The translations under genes were made by a program, and so were the position numbers. A stretch of DNA of 64,000 nucleotides from Candidatus Latescibacterota bacterium (GTDB taxonomy: Bacteria > Latescibacterota > CBDEFO01), in contig OZ252149.1 in assembly GCA_965248755.1 (NCBI GenBank), positions 1,984,001-2,048,000 on the forward strand, given 5' to 3'. The notes beneath the pieces were generated by a model. It searched no databases, had not been told where the DNA came from, and was given only the letters and a program-made list of their open reading frames with translations. Of the stretch, positions 21,202 through 30,583 are shown piece after piece. How positions within the stretch are numbered: position 1 is the stretch's first letter; each line of letters starts with the position of its first letter.

Positions 21202-22305
21202 ATGCATATCTATCCGTTGAAATTCTACGACATCTTTAAGGAAGCTGTATGGGGGGATAGAAACCTTGCGAAAGTTCTGGACAAGAAGCTCCCGGGCCGC
21301 AAGAGGATAGGGGAATCCTGGGAGATAGCGGACCTTGGAGAGGATGTCAGCAGGATCGAAAATGGCCCCTACAAGGGCTGGACTCTTAATTCCCTCTGTC
21401 GAAAATTTCCAAAGGAGCTTTTGGGATATCAGGTCGATATTGAGAAAAGTGAAGGTTTTCCCCTTTTAATCAAATTCCTCGACTCGGAAGAGAAGCTATC
21501 CGTCCAGGTCCATCCCGACGATTGTTGTGCTCAAAAGAACGAGCGAGGTAAGTTCGGAAAGACCGAGATGTGGTACGTGATCCACGCTCAAAGGGGAGCT
21601 CAGATCGTCTATGGACTTAAAAGTGGAGTAGAAAAAGAACAATTCGTCCATGCGATAGAGAGTGGCAAGATAGAGGGTAGCCTCAAAACGGTAAGCGTAA
21701 AACCCGGAGACGCACTTTTCGTCCCTCCCGGATGCGTCCACTCTATCGGTGGCGGAATCATCGTTTATGAAACACAGCAGTCCTCCAACGTTACCTACCG
21801 CCTCTACGATTGGGGAAGGGCAGGCTTGAACGGAAAGCCCAGACAACTGCATATCGCCGAGGCATTAGATGTGGTAGACTTCGAGTTTATGGGTGATCCT
21901 CTACAGGCATTCCCTACTGTTGACAGAGACGGATGCCGGAAAAGTTACATCGCCGCCTGCAGATATTTCGCCGTCGAACTGATCACTTGTGCCAAATTTA
22001 TAATCGAGGATACACACAGTCGCTCCTTTCACGCTCTATCTGCACTTGAAGGGAGCGGACGCATATACGTTGACGACTATTTCCAAGGCGGTGGCAGATC
22101 GCAACGGATAAGAAAAGGCGAAACCGTACTTATTCCAGCAGCAGCAGGCATTTACACTATTGAGCCTGATGTATCCCTTAAATTCATCAAGACGTATGTG
22201 CCTGACCTTTCAAAGGACATCATCTCCCCTTTGAAGGCGGCTGCCGTAACCCGCAGCCAGATACTAAGCCTCGGTGCAAGCCATGACCTGGAAGCGTTGC
22301 TATAG
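21202..22305 (+). CDS. manA: class I mannose-6-phosphate isomerase
   Basis: IGESWE, FPLLIKFLD, LSVQVHP, GKTEMWY, HSIG and QQSSNVTYRLYDW. Confidence 0.9.
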   Translation: MHIYPLKFYDIFKEAVWGDRNLAKVLDKKLPGRKRIGESWEIADLGEDVSRIENGPYKGWTLNSLCRKFPKELLGYQVDIEKSEGFPLLIKFLDSEEKLSVQVHPDDCCAQKNERGKFGKTEMWYVIHAQRGAQIVYGLKSGVEKEQFVHAIESGKIEGSLKTVSVKPGDALFVPPGCVHSIGGGIIVYETQQSSNVTYRLYDWGRAGLNGKPRQLHIAEALDVVDFEFMGDPLQAFPTVDRDGCRKSYIAACRYFAVELITCAKFIIEDTHSRSFHALSALEGSGRIYVDDYFQGGGRSQRIRKGETVLIPAAAGIYTIEPDVSLKFIKTYVPDLSKDIISPLKAAAVTRSQILSLGASHDLEALL

Positions 22306-22344
22306 ACACGATAAGTCCATCTTTACTTTTGTCGTGCCATTAAG

Positions 22345-22725
22345 ATGAACATGCTCACCCTCCCCGATAAGATCTTGATAGGGGCGCTGTTAATTGCAGG
22401 TCTGGTCAGCGTACCTGTCCTTGCCGCCTTAATGGAAGAGGGAGACTTGCTGATCGTCCAGAGAGATGGCCGCCTCTTCGGAGAATATCCTCTCAAAGCT
22501 GAAAACACACTTACAATATCAGGTCCCCTTGGGGACACTATAGTCAGTGTAGGAAGAGGGAGTGCGAAAGTAATAGATTCTCCGTGCCCTTTTAGGATAT
22601 GCGTCAGGACAGGATGGATACACAGAGGAGGACAGATAGCAGCTTGCATCCCCAACAAGATAGTCTTGATAATATCCAAAGGGACAGCAAAAGGATGGAA
22701 AGAGCCCGACGCCATATCCAGGTGA
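22345..22725 (+). CDS. NusG domain II-like (DUF1312) membrane-anchored protein
   Basis: N-terminal TM, GPLG, SPCPFRICVRTGWI and ACIPNKI. Confidence 0.85.
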   Translation: MNMLTLPDKILIGALLIAGLVSVPVLAALMEEGDLLIVQRDGRLFGEYPLKAENTLTISGPLGDTIVSVGRGSAKVIDSPCPFRICVRTGWIHRGGQIAACIPNKIVLIISKGTAKGWKEPDAISR

Positions 22726-22757
22726 AACCGCACCACAAAGGAGGCATATCCTCCGCA

Positions 22758-23288
22758 GTGGCATCATCGCCTGCAGAGAGGATAACCAGGATAGCCCTGC
22801 TGTCCTCGGCAGGACTGATCCTCTTTGTCTTCGAGGCCTACGTCCCCAGGCCTTTTCCCTGGATGAAGCTCGGACTGGGAAATATAACGACGCTCCTCTG
22901 TCTCTATATGTACGGGATCAAGGACGCCTCCTTGGTCACAGGGGTCAGGATATTCTTCGGCGGGCTCTTTTCAGGCTCATTTTTGGGTCCAACTTTCATA
23001 CTCAGCCTGGGAGGAGCTATCGTAAGCCTGACGGCGATGAGTCTTGTTGAGAAAAGATTGGGAAGGTATTTTAGTCCAGTAGGCGTGAGCGTATTCGGCG
23101 CTTTAGGCCACAACATAGCCCAGCTTGTTTTGGCATATCTGGTTATAATAAAAAGTGTTAAGATCATCTTTCTTCTACCTATGTTCCTCCTCTCCAGCGT
23201 CGGCACGGGGGCTATTATAGGAATCCTTGTATATCTTGCGCTCGGCAAACTAGAGCCACTCTATAGCGATGGAAATGTCGCTATCTAA
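22758..23288 (+). CDS. Gx transporter family (heptaprenyl diphosphate synthase component I-like) membrane protein
   Basis: EAYVPRPFPWMKLGLGN and GVSVFGALGHNIAQL; GTG start after AGGAGG. Confidence 0.85.
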   Translation: MASSPAERITRIALLSSAGLILFVFEAYVPRPFPWMKLGLGNITTLLCLYMYGIKDASLVTGVRIFFGGLFSGSFLGPTFILSLGGAIVSLTAMSLVEKRLGRYFSPVGVSVFGALGHNIAQLVLAYLVIIKSVKIIFLLPMFLLSSVGTGAIIGILVYLALGKLEPLYSDGNVAI

Positions 23289-23290
23289 AG

Positions 23291-24496
23291 GTGGTGCAAC
23301 GTGAACTCCGACTGCGACTAGTGCTTTGGATTATGGGCAAATACATTCGAAGAATTCGGCAGTTTATATTGCGAGTCAAAGTCTTTGTTCTTGCTGCCTT
23401 GATGCTCACAGTTATGTTCCTCGGCGCTTTCGTCTTCCTTACGCTCGAGAAGGCGAGCAACGAGAACCTCACGTTCTGGAACTCTGTCTATTGGGCTATG
23501 GTCACAATGACGACCGCCGGCTACGGGGACATGACAGCATGGAGCAAAGTAGCCAGCGGCGCCATCGCATACTCGGGGATGATCCTAATCTCGCTTTTGA
23601 CAGCTACAATAGCCTCAATCATGACTGCAAGGAGAATAAAGGAGGGGAGAGGTTTGGAAAGCGTAACATCGGAAGGACACATAGTTATCTGCGGATGGAA
23701 CCATCACGCTGATGAAGTCATAGGCGGTTTAATCAAACTCGAGGCCGCCAAAAGTGCAGATCTTTTGATAATAAACGATCTGCCTGAAGAGGAGGTCAAC
23801 GAAATCCTATTTAGATACCGCGATAGAGGACTCTCCTATGTCAGAGGGGACTTCGTTCAGGAGAGCGTTCTTAAAAGGGCCAATATCTCAGGGGCGCGAG
23901 CCGCTATAGTCCTTGCACAGACGCAGGAGGGCGACCTAAGGGCTAACACCGACGAACGCACGATTTTTGCCACGCTCGCCATCAAGACGATCAAACCTGA
24001 AGTTAAGGTCTGCGCGGAGATTCTGGATTCGGAAAACGCACAGCATCTGCGCCGCGCAGACGTGGACGACATCATAATAAGAGGGGAGTACAGCGGCTTT
24101 TTACTGGCATCTGCCGCCGTGTCCTCCGGTATAACCGAAGCTGTGAGAGAACTCTTGACCTACGACCCCGGAAACGAAATCTGGCGCACCGACATACCCA
24201 AAAAATATGTGGGAAAGACATTCAAAGAATTGGCCTTTTATTACAGAGAGCGATTCAAAGCCATACTTATCGGGATCATAGCAGAGGAACAGGGAATCCC
24301 CTTGGAGGACATGATCAGTGACGACACTTCGCAGATAGATCAATTCATAAAAAGAGAGTTCCTTTTGGCCGGTAGGGACATAAGCGCAGAAACTAAAAAG
24401 AAAGCGGAGACGATAGTAAACCCCGATGATGATTATGAGATACTCGAAGACGATAAAGCTATAGTGATAGCCCGTGACCGTATCACAATAAAGTAG
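23291..24496 (+). CDS. 2TM potassium channel with RCK (TrkA-N/C) gating domain
   Basis: YWAMVTMTTAGYGD pore signature; HIVICGW, RGDF, ANI..ARAAIVLA and NPDDDY. The true start may be ATG 23333. Confidence 0.85.
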   Translation: MVQRELRLRLVLWIMGKYIRRIRQFILRVKVFVLAALMLTVMFLGAFVFLTLEKASNENLTFWNSVYWAMVTMTTAGYGDMTAWSKVASGAIAYSGMILISLLTATIASIMTARRIKEGRGLESVTSEGHIVICGWNHHADEVIGGLIKLEAAKSADLLIINDLPEEEVNEILFRYRDRGLSYVRGDFVQESVLKRANISGARAAIVLAQTQEGDLRANTDERTIFATLAIKTIKPEVKVCAEILDSENAQHLRRADVDDIIIRGEYSGFLLASAAVSSGITEAVRELLTYDPGNEIWRTDIPKKYVGKTFKELAFYYRERFKAILIGIIAEEQGIPLEDMISDDTSQIDQFIKREFLLAGRDISAETKKKAETIVNPDDDYEILEDDKAIVIARDRITIK

Positions 24497-24542
24497 TCAG
24501 ATGCCCTCAAGAAGCGTATAGATCAGGCAAATCGAGCAGGCT

Positions 24543-25085
24543 ATGAACCGAGACATCACTATAGGGACAAAGACGGAGTCTAAGGAAGTAGAATTCTTAA
24601 GACAGGTGCCCATTTTCTCAGACCTCTCGGACGGGCAGATAGCCAAGCTCCTCACTGTCGTCTCCCAGACAAAATTCAAAGAAGGGGACGCTATTATCAG
24701 CGAAGGAGAAATCGGAAACACGATGTATATACTCCTGGACGGCAGGGTTGAGGTCTCCAAATCTTTAACACTCAAGGTCTCTCGACAAGAATTTGAAGAG
24801 AGAGAAAAGTCCTTCATCCGCCTTGAGGGGAAAGACCACGCCTGCTTTGGAGAGATGGCTATGCTCGACAGCGACGAACGCTCTGCTACGGTGGTGGCTC
24901 TTACGGAATGCACCGTATTTGTCATCGAAAGGGACAACCTTGAAAGGCTCTTAAAAGAAGACTCCAATATCGGCTATCTCATCTACAAGGAGTTCGCTCA
25001 ACTTATATCAGGACGCCTTAGAGCCGCAAATAGAGATGTCCTAAAGCTCACCACAGCTCTGAGCTTATCCCTGACGGGAAGATAG
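24543..25085 (+). CDS. stand-alone cyclic nucleotide-binding domain protein
   Basis: FLRQVPIFSDL, IISEGE.G..MYILLDGRVEV and FGEMAMLDSDERSATVVA; no HTH. Confidence 0.88.
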   Translation: MNRDITIGTKTESKEVEFLRQVPIFSDLSDGQIAKLLTVVSQTKFKEGDAIISEGEIGNTMYILLDGRVEVSKSLTLKVSRQEFEEREKSFIRLEGKDHACFGEMAMLDSDERSATVVALTECTVFVIERDNLERLLKEDSNIGYLIYKEFAQLISGRLRAANRDVLKLTTALSLSLTGR

Positions 25086-25161
25086 CTCCAAAGAACTAAA
25101 CAGCATACAGGGAAGGAAGGGGCAGTCGCCGTCTACTGTTCTTGAGGAAAGGAAGCCAAAG

Positions 25162-25656
25162 ATGATAATAGCGGTTATCAGCGACACGCACGATAACGTC
25201 TGGAATCTATCCAAAGCTCTGGGTGCTATTGAAGAGAGAAAGGCGGAAGTTCTGATCCACTGTGGCGACTACTGTGCTCCTTTCATCATAGACCAGCTGA
25301 GCCAATTTTCAGGTCCTATGCACGGCGTCTTTGGCAACGTTGATGGAGATATATACCTTCTGACCACAAAATCCACTTCCACAGACAACATTACACTTCA
25401 CGGAAGGATAGCTGACGTAGAGATCGATGGCAAGAAGATCGCTGTACATCACTTTCCCGACCTTGCCCGTTCCCTGGCCGCCTCGGGAGATTACAACGTC
25501 GTATTCTACGGGCACACACACGTCCAATCGGTCGAAGAATTAAACGAGACAAAACTGGTCAACCCCGGTGAGATAATGGGGAATAAGGGAGAGCCGTCTT
25601 TTTGTCTCTACGATACCGAGACGGGGGAGATTGAGAGGATAGCTCTTAAGATATGA
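25162..25656 (+). CDS. YfcE/MJ0936-family metallophosphoesterase
   Basis: SDTHDN, HCGD, GNVD, GHTH and NPG motifs. Confidence 0.9.
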   Translation: MIIAVISDTHDNVWNLSKALGAIEERKAEVLIHCGDYCAPFIIDQLSQFSGPMHGVFGNVDGDIYLLTTKSTSTDNITLHGRIADVEIDGKKIAVHHFPDLARSLAASGDYNVVFYGHTHVQSVEELNETKLVNPGEIMGNKGEPSFCLYDTETGEIERIALKI

Positions 25657-25783
25657 AATAGACTGCTTATATCGAAGCTATAAAGCGTCATCGCCTCCAA
25701 GGACAAAATGGGAGGTGCACCCTTTGTTGGACGCGACAAGGTGGGCGTTTGCAAACGATCTTCGCATAGGAGGAAGTAGGACA

Positions 25784-25891
25784 ATGCCGATGAGTCCGCA
25801 AGAGAGAATGATGACTGCCCTGAGAAGGGAGGAGCTGGATCGAGTTCCTTATTGTGAACTGGGGATAGACCGGGACCTTGCCCGAAGGTGA
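25784..25891 (+). pseudogene. N-terminal sliver of a uroporphyrinogen decarboxylase/MtaA-like methyltransferase family protein
   Basis: MPMSPQERMMTALRREELDRVPYCELGIDRDLARR* after an AGGAGG-like RBS; matches the family's typical MT.RER...AL.....DRVP start. Confidence 0.6.
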
Positions 25892-26280
25892 TGGGGTGGA
25901 GAGATCCTGAGGATCAAAAGGACAGGTCGGTAGTTAGCTCTGGGTCCGTCTACACGTAGGTTTGATGGCGTAAGGCTCTGCTGATTAATCGCGTTTCTAC
26001 GTCCTCACAAAGATATCAATACAATCCATCTGAACAAAATGCTATGCCCCATCGGTACGGTTGCACGGCTCTGTCTTCTGGCTCATCCTGATAGTCCACA
26101 ACTGGTGATGCTTCCCAATTCATTCGTCAAACCCGGTGCCCGGCGCGGGTTTGTCTCGTTCTGCGCTGCGGTCCACATCTTTGCAGCTTCGACACAGTGC
26201 TCATTTTACCCTAACTAACTGACCGTGGGGCGACGCTGATCCGCTGGCGGCCCTGAGAGTCAGATTGAGGAGTCCTATTC

Positions 26281-27093
26281 ATGCAATGGGAACAACTTCG
26301 AGCCGATCAGTTTGAGCAAGCTGTGAAGGATACGGGCGGCGTGTGCATAGTCCCGGTAGGCGTCCTCGAATACCACGGCAATCACTTACCTCTGGGAAAC
26401 GATGCCATCATCGCCCGTTACGTCTCGGCTGAGGTCGCCAAGCTCGCTCCGGCCATTGTCTTCCCCGTCATCCATTTCTCCAGCAACTTCGAAGCCAAAG
26501 CTGTGCCCGGAGGGATAGTCATAGACAATCATCTGCTCTTTCCTCTATTCGAAAATGTCTGCGACGAGATCGCCCGCAACGGCTGCAAGAAGATCATCTT
26601 CGTCAGTGGGCACGGTGGCAACAAGTGGTTTCTGCCGCAGTTTGTCATGTCTATGCTCGACAAAGGCAAGGACTGGGTGCCTTACTACTGCGACGCCCGG
26701 GGCAAGGACCCCGATGCAGTCGGCGGTTACATGAACAAAGACCTGTTCTACGAGATCTTTGAGTCTTCAGATTACGGGCACGCCTGCGAGTGGGAGACCA
26801 GTGAGATGCTGCACATCCATCCCGACCTGGTGGACATGGACGAAGCCAGGCAGGTAAATGAGCCACCACGCGAAGACTTGGATCATCTGAAGCATATGTA
26901 TACCCCGATGGCGTGGATCTCCATGCAGCCGCAACTGACGCGCGGCACGCCCGGCAGTTCCACGGCCGAGAAAGGCCGCATATTCCTCCAGGATCAGATC
27001 AGAACACTCGCTGAAATGGTCACCGCGGTCAAGGAAGACCAGCGTGCTCGCGAGATCTATGACGACTATAATCGGCGTATCTACCGGCGCTAA
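26281..27093 (+). CDS. creatininase-family amidohydrolase
   Basis: VPVGVLEYHGNHLPLGND, SGHGGN and GHACEWETS. Confidence 0.9.
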   Translation: MQWEQLRADQFEQAVKDTGGVCIVPVGVLEYHGNHLPLGNDAIIARYVSAEVAKLAPAIVFPVIHFSSNFEAKAVPGGIVIDNHLLFPLFENVCDEIARNGCKKIIFVSGHGGNKWFLPQFVMSMLDKGKDWVPYYCDARGKDPDAVGGYMNKDLFYEIFESSDYGHACEWETSEMLHIHPDLVDMDEARQVNEPPREDLDHLKHMYTPMAWISMQPQLTRGTPGSSTAEKGRIFLQDQIRTLAEMVTAVKEDQRAREIYDDYNRRIYRR

Positions 27094-27232
27094 AGGACAA
27101 GACATCTTGCCCTTAGGAACCTTCACGCCAACCACTCTGGCAACTGACAATGTGTGCAACGTCATCTGAATAACCGACGTCTACCGAACGGACGATCGTG
27201 GAGAAATCTTCACTTTTCTGATAGGCTGCCTT

Positions 27233-28768
27233 ATGCTATCAAAGGTACTAAGTAGCGCTACGCTGGGTATAGATGCCTATCTTGTCGAGGTTGAGACCGA
27301 CATAGACCGACAATTGCCCTCGTTTTCCATAGTCGGACTCCCTGATGCTGCGGTAAAGGAGAGCAAGGACCGAGTCGCCGCCGCTATTAAGAACTCCGGC
27401 CTCCTGTTCCCGCAGAAGAGGATCACAGTGAACCTGGCTCCGGCCGACATAAGGAAGGAGGGTTCTGCCTTCGACCTCCCTGTGGCTGTCGGCATTCTGG
27501 CCGCCACAAAGCAGGTTGAGCCGGGCTTCCTGGAGGACTACATGCTCGTTGGGGAACTCTCTTTAGACGGCTCGCTCCGACCGATAAGGGGCGTTCTCTC
27601 TATGGCGGTGGATGCAAAAGAGCGCGGACTCAGGGGTATTATCCTACCGAGGGAGAACGTCAAAGAAGCCGCAATGGCTGGACCTGAACTTGAGGTCTAT
27701 CCTGCCTTAAGCCTATCTGAGTCCGTCGGATTTCTCAACAGAGAGATTGCTCTACAGCCCCTCAGATTCGATATTGGACAGGTCTTTGCACAGAGCGGGG
27801 AATACACACTCGACTTTTTGGACGTCAAAGGCCAGGAGCATGTCAAAAGGTCCTTGGAAGTCGCCGCAGCAGGGGGACATAATATCATTATGATAGGCCC
27901 TCCCGGATCTGGCAAGACTATGCTTGCTCGCAGACTTCCTACTATACTCCCCGATCTTACGCAGGAGGAGGCTATCTCCACGACTAAGATACACTCTGTG
28001 GCCGGTCGCCTTGACGAAGATACAGCCCTCATAACTACTAGACCCTTTCGCTCTCCGCATCACACAATTAGCGACGCCGGACTTATCGGAGGAGGTCCCA
28101 ATCCGAAGCCTGGAGAGGTAAGTTTAGCCCATCACGGCGTACTATTCTTGGACGAACTGCCCGAATTTAAGAGATCTGTGCTGGAAGTTCTAAGGCAGCC
28201 CATCGAAGACGGAAGAGTCACAATATCCAGAGCCGCGGTCTCCCTTACCTATCCATCAACCTTCATGTTAGCCGCTGCGATGAATCCCTGCCCCTGCGGG
28301 TATTTTTCCGATCCTAACCGCGAGTGCACCTGCTCTCCACTTCTGATCCAGAGATACATGTCCAAAATATCGGGACCGCTGTTGGACAGGATAGATATAC
28401 ACATCGAGGTCCCCGCAGTCCGCTATAAGGAACTATCCGGGAACCCTACAGGCGAAAAATCAGAACTCATAAGGAAAAAGGTGAACAGGGCAAGGCAGAT
28501 TCAGCAAGCCAGATTCAAAGGATTGTCTGATACGTTCTGCAACGCCCAGATGGAATCCAAACAGATAAGGACGTTTTGCAAGATAGACGAAAAGGGGAAT
28601 GAACTCTTAAAGACGGCTATAACGAAGCTAGGTTTGTCCGCAAGGGCTTACGACAGGATTCTCAAAGTCTCAAGGACCATAGCTGATTTGGAGGGAAGTG
28701 AACACATACTTCCTCAGCATGTGGGCGAAGCCATACAGTACAGGAGTCTGGATAGGAATCTACTGTGA
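27233..28768 (+). CDS. comM: YifB/ComM Mg-chelatase-like AAA+ ATPase
   Basis: [50 protein letters not shown] and LDRIDIH. Confidence 0.93.
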   Translation: MLSKVLSSATLGIDAYLVEVETDIDRQLPSFSIVGLPDAAVKESKDRVAAAIKNSGLLFPQKRITVNLAPADIRKEGSAFDLPVAVGILAATKQVEPGFLEDYMLVGELSLDGSLRPIRGVLSMAVDAKERGLRGIILPRENVKEAAMAGPELEVYPALSLSESVGFLNREIALQPLRFDIGQVFAQSGEYTLDFLDVKGQEHVKRSLEVAAAGGHNIIMIGPPGSGKTMLARRLPTILPDLTQEEAISTTKIHSVAGRLDEDTALITTRPFRSPHHTISDAGLIGGGPNPKPGEVSLAHHGVLFLDELPEFKRSVLEVLRQPIEDGRVTISRAAVSLTYPSTFMLAAAMNPCPCGYFSDPNRECTCSPLLIQRYMSKISGPLLDRIDIHIEVPAVRYKELSGNPTGEKSELIRKKVNRARQIQQARFKGLSDTFCNAQMESKQIRTFCKIDEKGNELLKTAITKLGLSARAYDRILKVSRTIADLEGSEHILPQHVGEAIQYRSLDRNLL

Positions 28769-28771
28769 GGG

Positions 28772-28910
28772 TATCACCGGGATATGGAGACACCTGATAA
28801 GCTGTTCAGCGTTCCACGGCAGCTGCTGAAGCGCGGATACAACCAATCTGATATAACCAAGATCCTGGCGGCAACTGGCTCGAACTCTTTGGGAGGTATG
28901 GGGCGAGTGA
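28772..28910 (+). pseudogene. C-terminal sliver of a membrane dipeptidase (M19)-like protein
   Basis: DMETPDKLFSVPRQLLKRGYNQSDITKIL, then frameshifted GNWL.LF..VWGE*. Confidence 0.6.
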
Positions 28911-28992
28911 TCTTGAGGGGAAGCCTTTAGTCTAAGGGACGCCAAGCACTTCGCATGTTAGACTTCGAATACGATCAAATTCTGCAGATGAG

Positions 28993-29137
28993 GTGAAGAG
29001 AATGGAACTTGGAAAGATCCTATATCTTTCCGGCAAAGATGTAGAAGACATCAATTTACCTATGAGCCAAATCATCCGATCCCTTGACCAGATGTTTAAG
29101 TATAAAATGGAAGGAAAACCTGTTTTCCCTCCTCAAT
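28993..29137 (+). pseudogene. N-terminal sliver of an ornithine cyclodeaminase/alanine dehydrogenase-family gene
   Basis: KILYLSGKDVEDINLPMSQIIRSLDQMFKYKMEGK...PP; similarity ends at the family-A palindrome. Confidence 0.6.
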
Positions 29138-29159
29138 TCCCGATTGATTCTATCGGGGA
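29138..29159. repeat. family-A short palindrome (reverse orientation)
   Basis: TCCCGATTGATTCTATCGGGGA. Confidence 0.75.
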
Positions 29160-29184
29160 TCACGAGGATCAATCTGCACAGGTC

Positions 29185-30438
29185 TTATAGGTCAAAGCTA
29201 CCGCTTGAGATCGCATCTGCCATAGAAAGCGCCCTTACTGTCTCTTTCACATCGTGAACTCTCAGGACATTTACTCCGTTACAAGCGGCTATTACACACG
29301 CTGCTAAAGTCCCCTCTAAACGATCTTCAGGAGAAAGGTCTAACGTCTTGCCTATAAACGATTTTTTTGAAGGACCGACTAAGAGGGGACATCCCAACGA
29401 CGCCAATTCGCTTAATCTTCTTATAATCTCCAGATTATGTTCGGGCGTCTTGCCGAAGCCGATGCCCGGATCTACGATTATCTTATCCTCCCCTATTCCC
29501 ATTTGCCTGCACATGGACATCCTCTCTTGCAAAAACTCCCATATTTCTCCCATCAGATCGACATAAGAGGGATTCTTCTGCATAGTCTTGGGCGTTCCCA
29601 GAAGATGCATCAAGACCACAGGGGCCTCGTATTCTGTTGCCACAGCGATCATCTTCTGGTCGAGAGAGTCTGGCTTTGCTGCCACATCCTTCTGCATCCC
29701 CCTTAGGGCGCTTATGTCGTTGATTATGTCCGCTCCGGCATCCAGAGCGCATCTTGCGACTGTTGGTTTATACGTGTCTACGGATATGGGAATATCGGAC
29801 TTTCTTCTTATCGCCTCCACTGTCGGGACTACTCTTTCCACTTCCACATCAAAAGGCACAGTATCTGATCCGGGACGAGTCGATTCACCCCCTATATCTA
29901 TTATATCTGCGCCTTCTGCTATCATTCGCAAAGCCTGCCCTAAGGCCGCATCTTTTTCTATGAATCTGCCTCCATCTGAGAAAGAATCTGGCGTCACGTT
30001 CAATATGCCCATGACGTGCGTCCTGGACGAAAGGCATAAGCTCCGGTCCCTGAGACGGATCTGCAACTTATTCCCCCGCTCCTCTCTCTTTAAATGTTCC
30101 GATAGATCCATAGCCACCTTCTTTAAGCCGAATGGCTGAGCCTTTAGCTTCTTTGCCAGTTCGTTCAACTGCTTTAAAGTTCCCATAAGTAGCACATCGG
30201 ACTTCTCAAGCTTACAGTTTATCACTCCCTTAGCCACTCCTGCATCCCCTCCCAAAGACAACAGCTCCTGCTTTAGGATATTCGCCGCCGGAGAGGATAC
30301 TCCATATACCTTCACAACTTTGAAGAGAGCCTTATCGGACATCAGCGCCCGCCCGCCCGGATCAACGCCGAGAAGCCCCATTTCTCTTTCCACTTCGTCT
30401 CTATTTTTCAGACATATCGTCCTTATCAAATCTCTCAC
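29185..30438 (-). CDS. folP: dihydropteroate synthase with N-terminal extension domain
   Basis: MGILNVTPDSFSDGG, DIGGESTRPG, SVDT, INDIS, DPGIGFGK, GPSKKSF and RVHDV. GTG start at 30438 is preferred over the longer ORF. Confidence 0.93.
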   Translation of the reverse strand: MRDLIRTICLKNRDEVEREMGLLGVDPGGRALMSDKALFKVVKVYGVSSPAANILKQELLSLGGDAGVAKGVINCKLEKSDVLLMGTLKQLNELAKKLKAQPFGLKKVAMDLSEHLKREERGNKLQIRLRDRSLCLSSRTHVMGILNVTPDSFSDGGRFIEKDAALGQALRMIAEGADIIDIGGESTRPGSDTVPFDVEVERVVPTVEAIRRKSDIPISVDTYKPTVARCALDAGADIINDISALRGMQKDVAAKPDSLDQKMIAVATEYEAPVVLMHLLGTPKTMQKNPSYVDLMGEIWEFLQERMSMCRQMGIGEDKIIVDPGIGFGKTPEHNLEIIRRLSELASLGCPLLVGPSKKSFIGKTLDLSPEDRLEGTLAACVIAACNGVNVLRVHDVKETVRALSMADAISSGSFDL

Positions 30439-30471
30439 TCCAGAACTACAAAGCTCTCTACGTCGTAATTC

Positions 30472-30534
30472 AAAAAAGGGATGGAAATGATGCCGCATCT
30501 TGGTAGTTTGTAAGGCATCCTTCCATCCCTTTTT
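30472..30534 (-). terminator. long stem-loop with T tail between ftsH and folP
   Basis: AAAAAGGGATGGAA...TTCCATCCCTTTTT inverted repeat. Confidence 0.65.
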
Positions 30535-30583
30535 ACTCTGCGAATTTGTCCTTTACATTCAGGGTCAAGCTTTGACGCTATAT

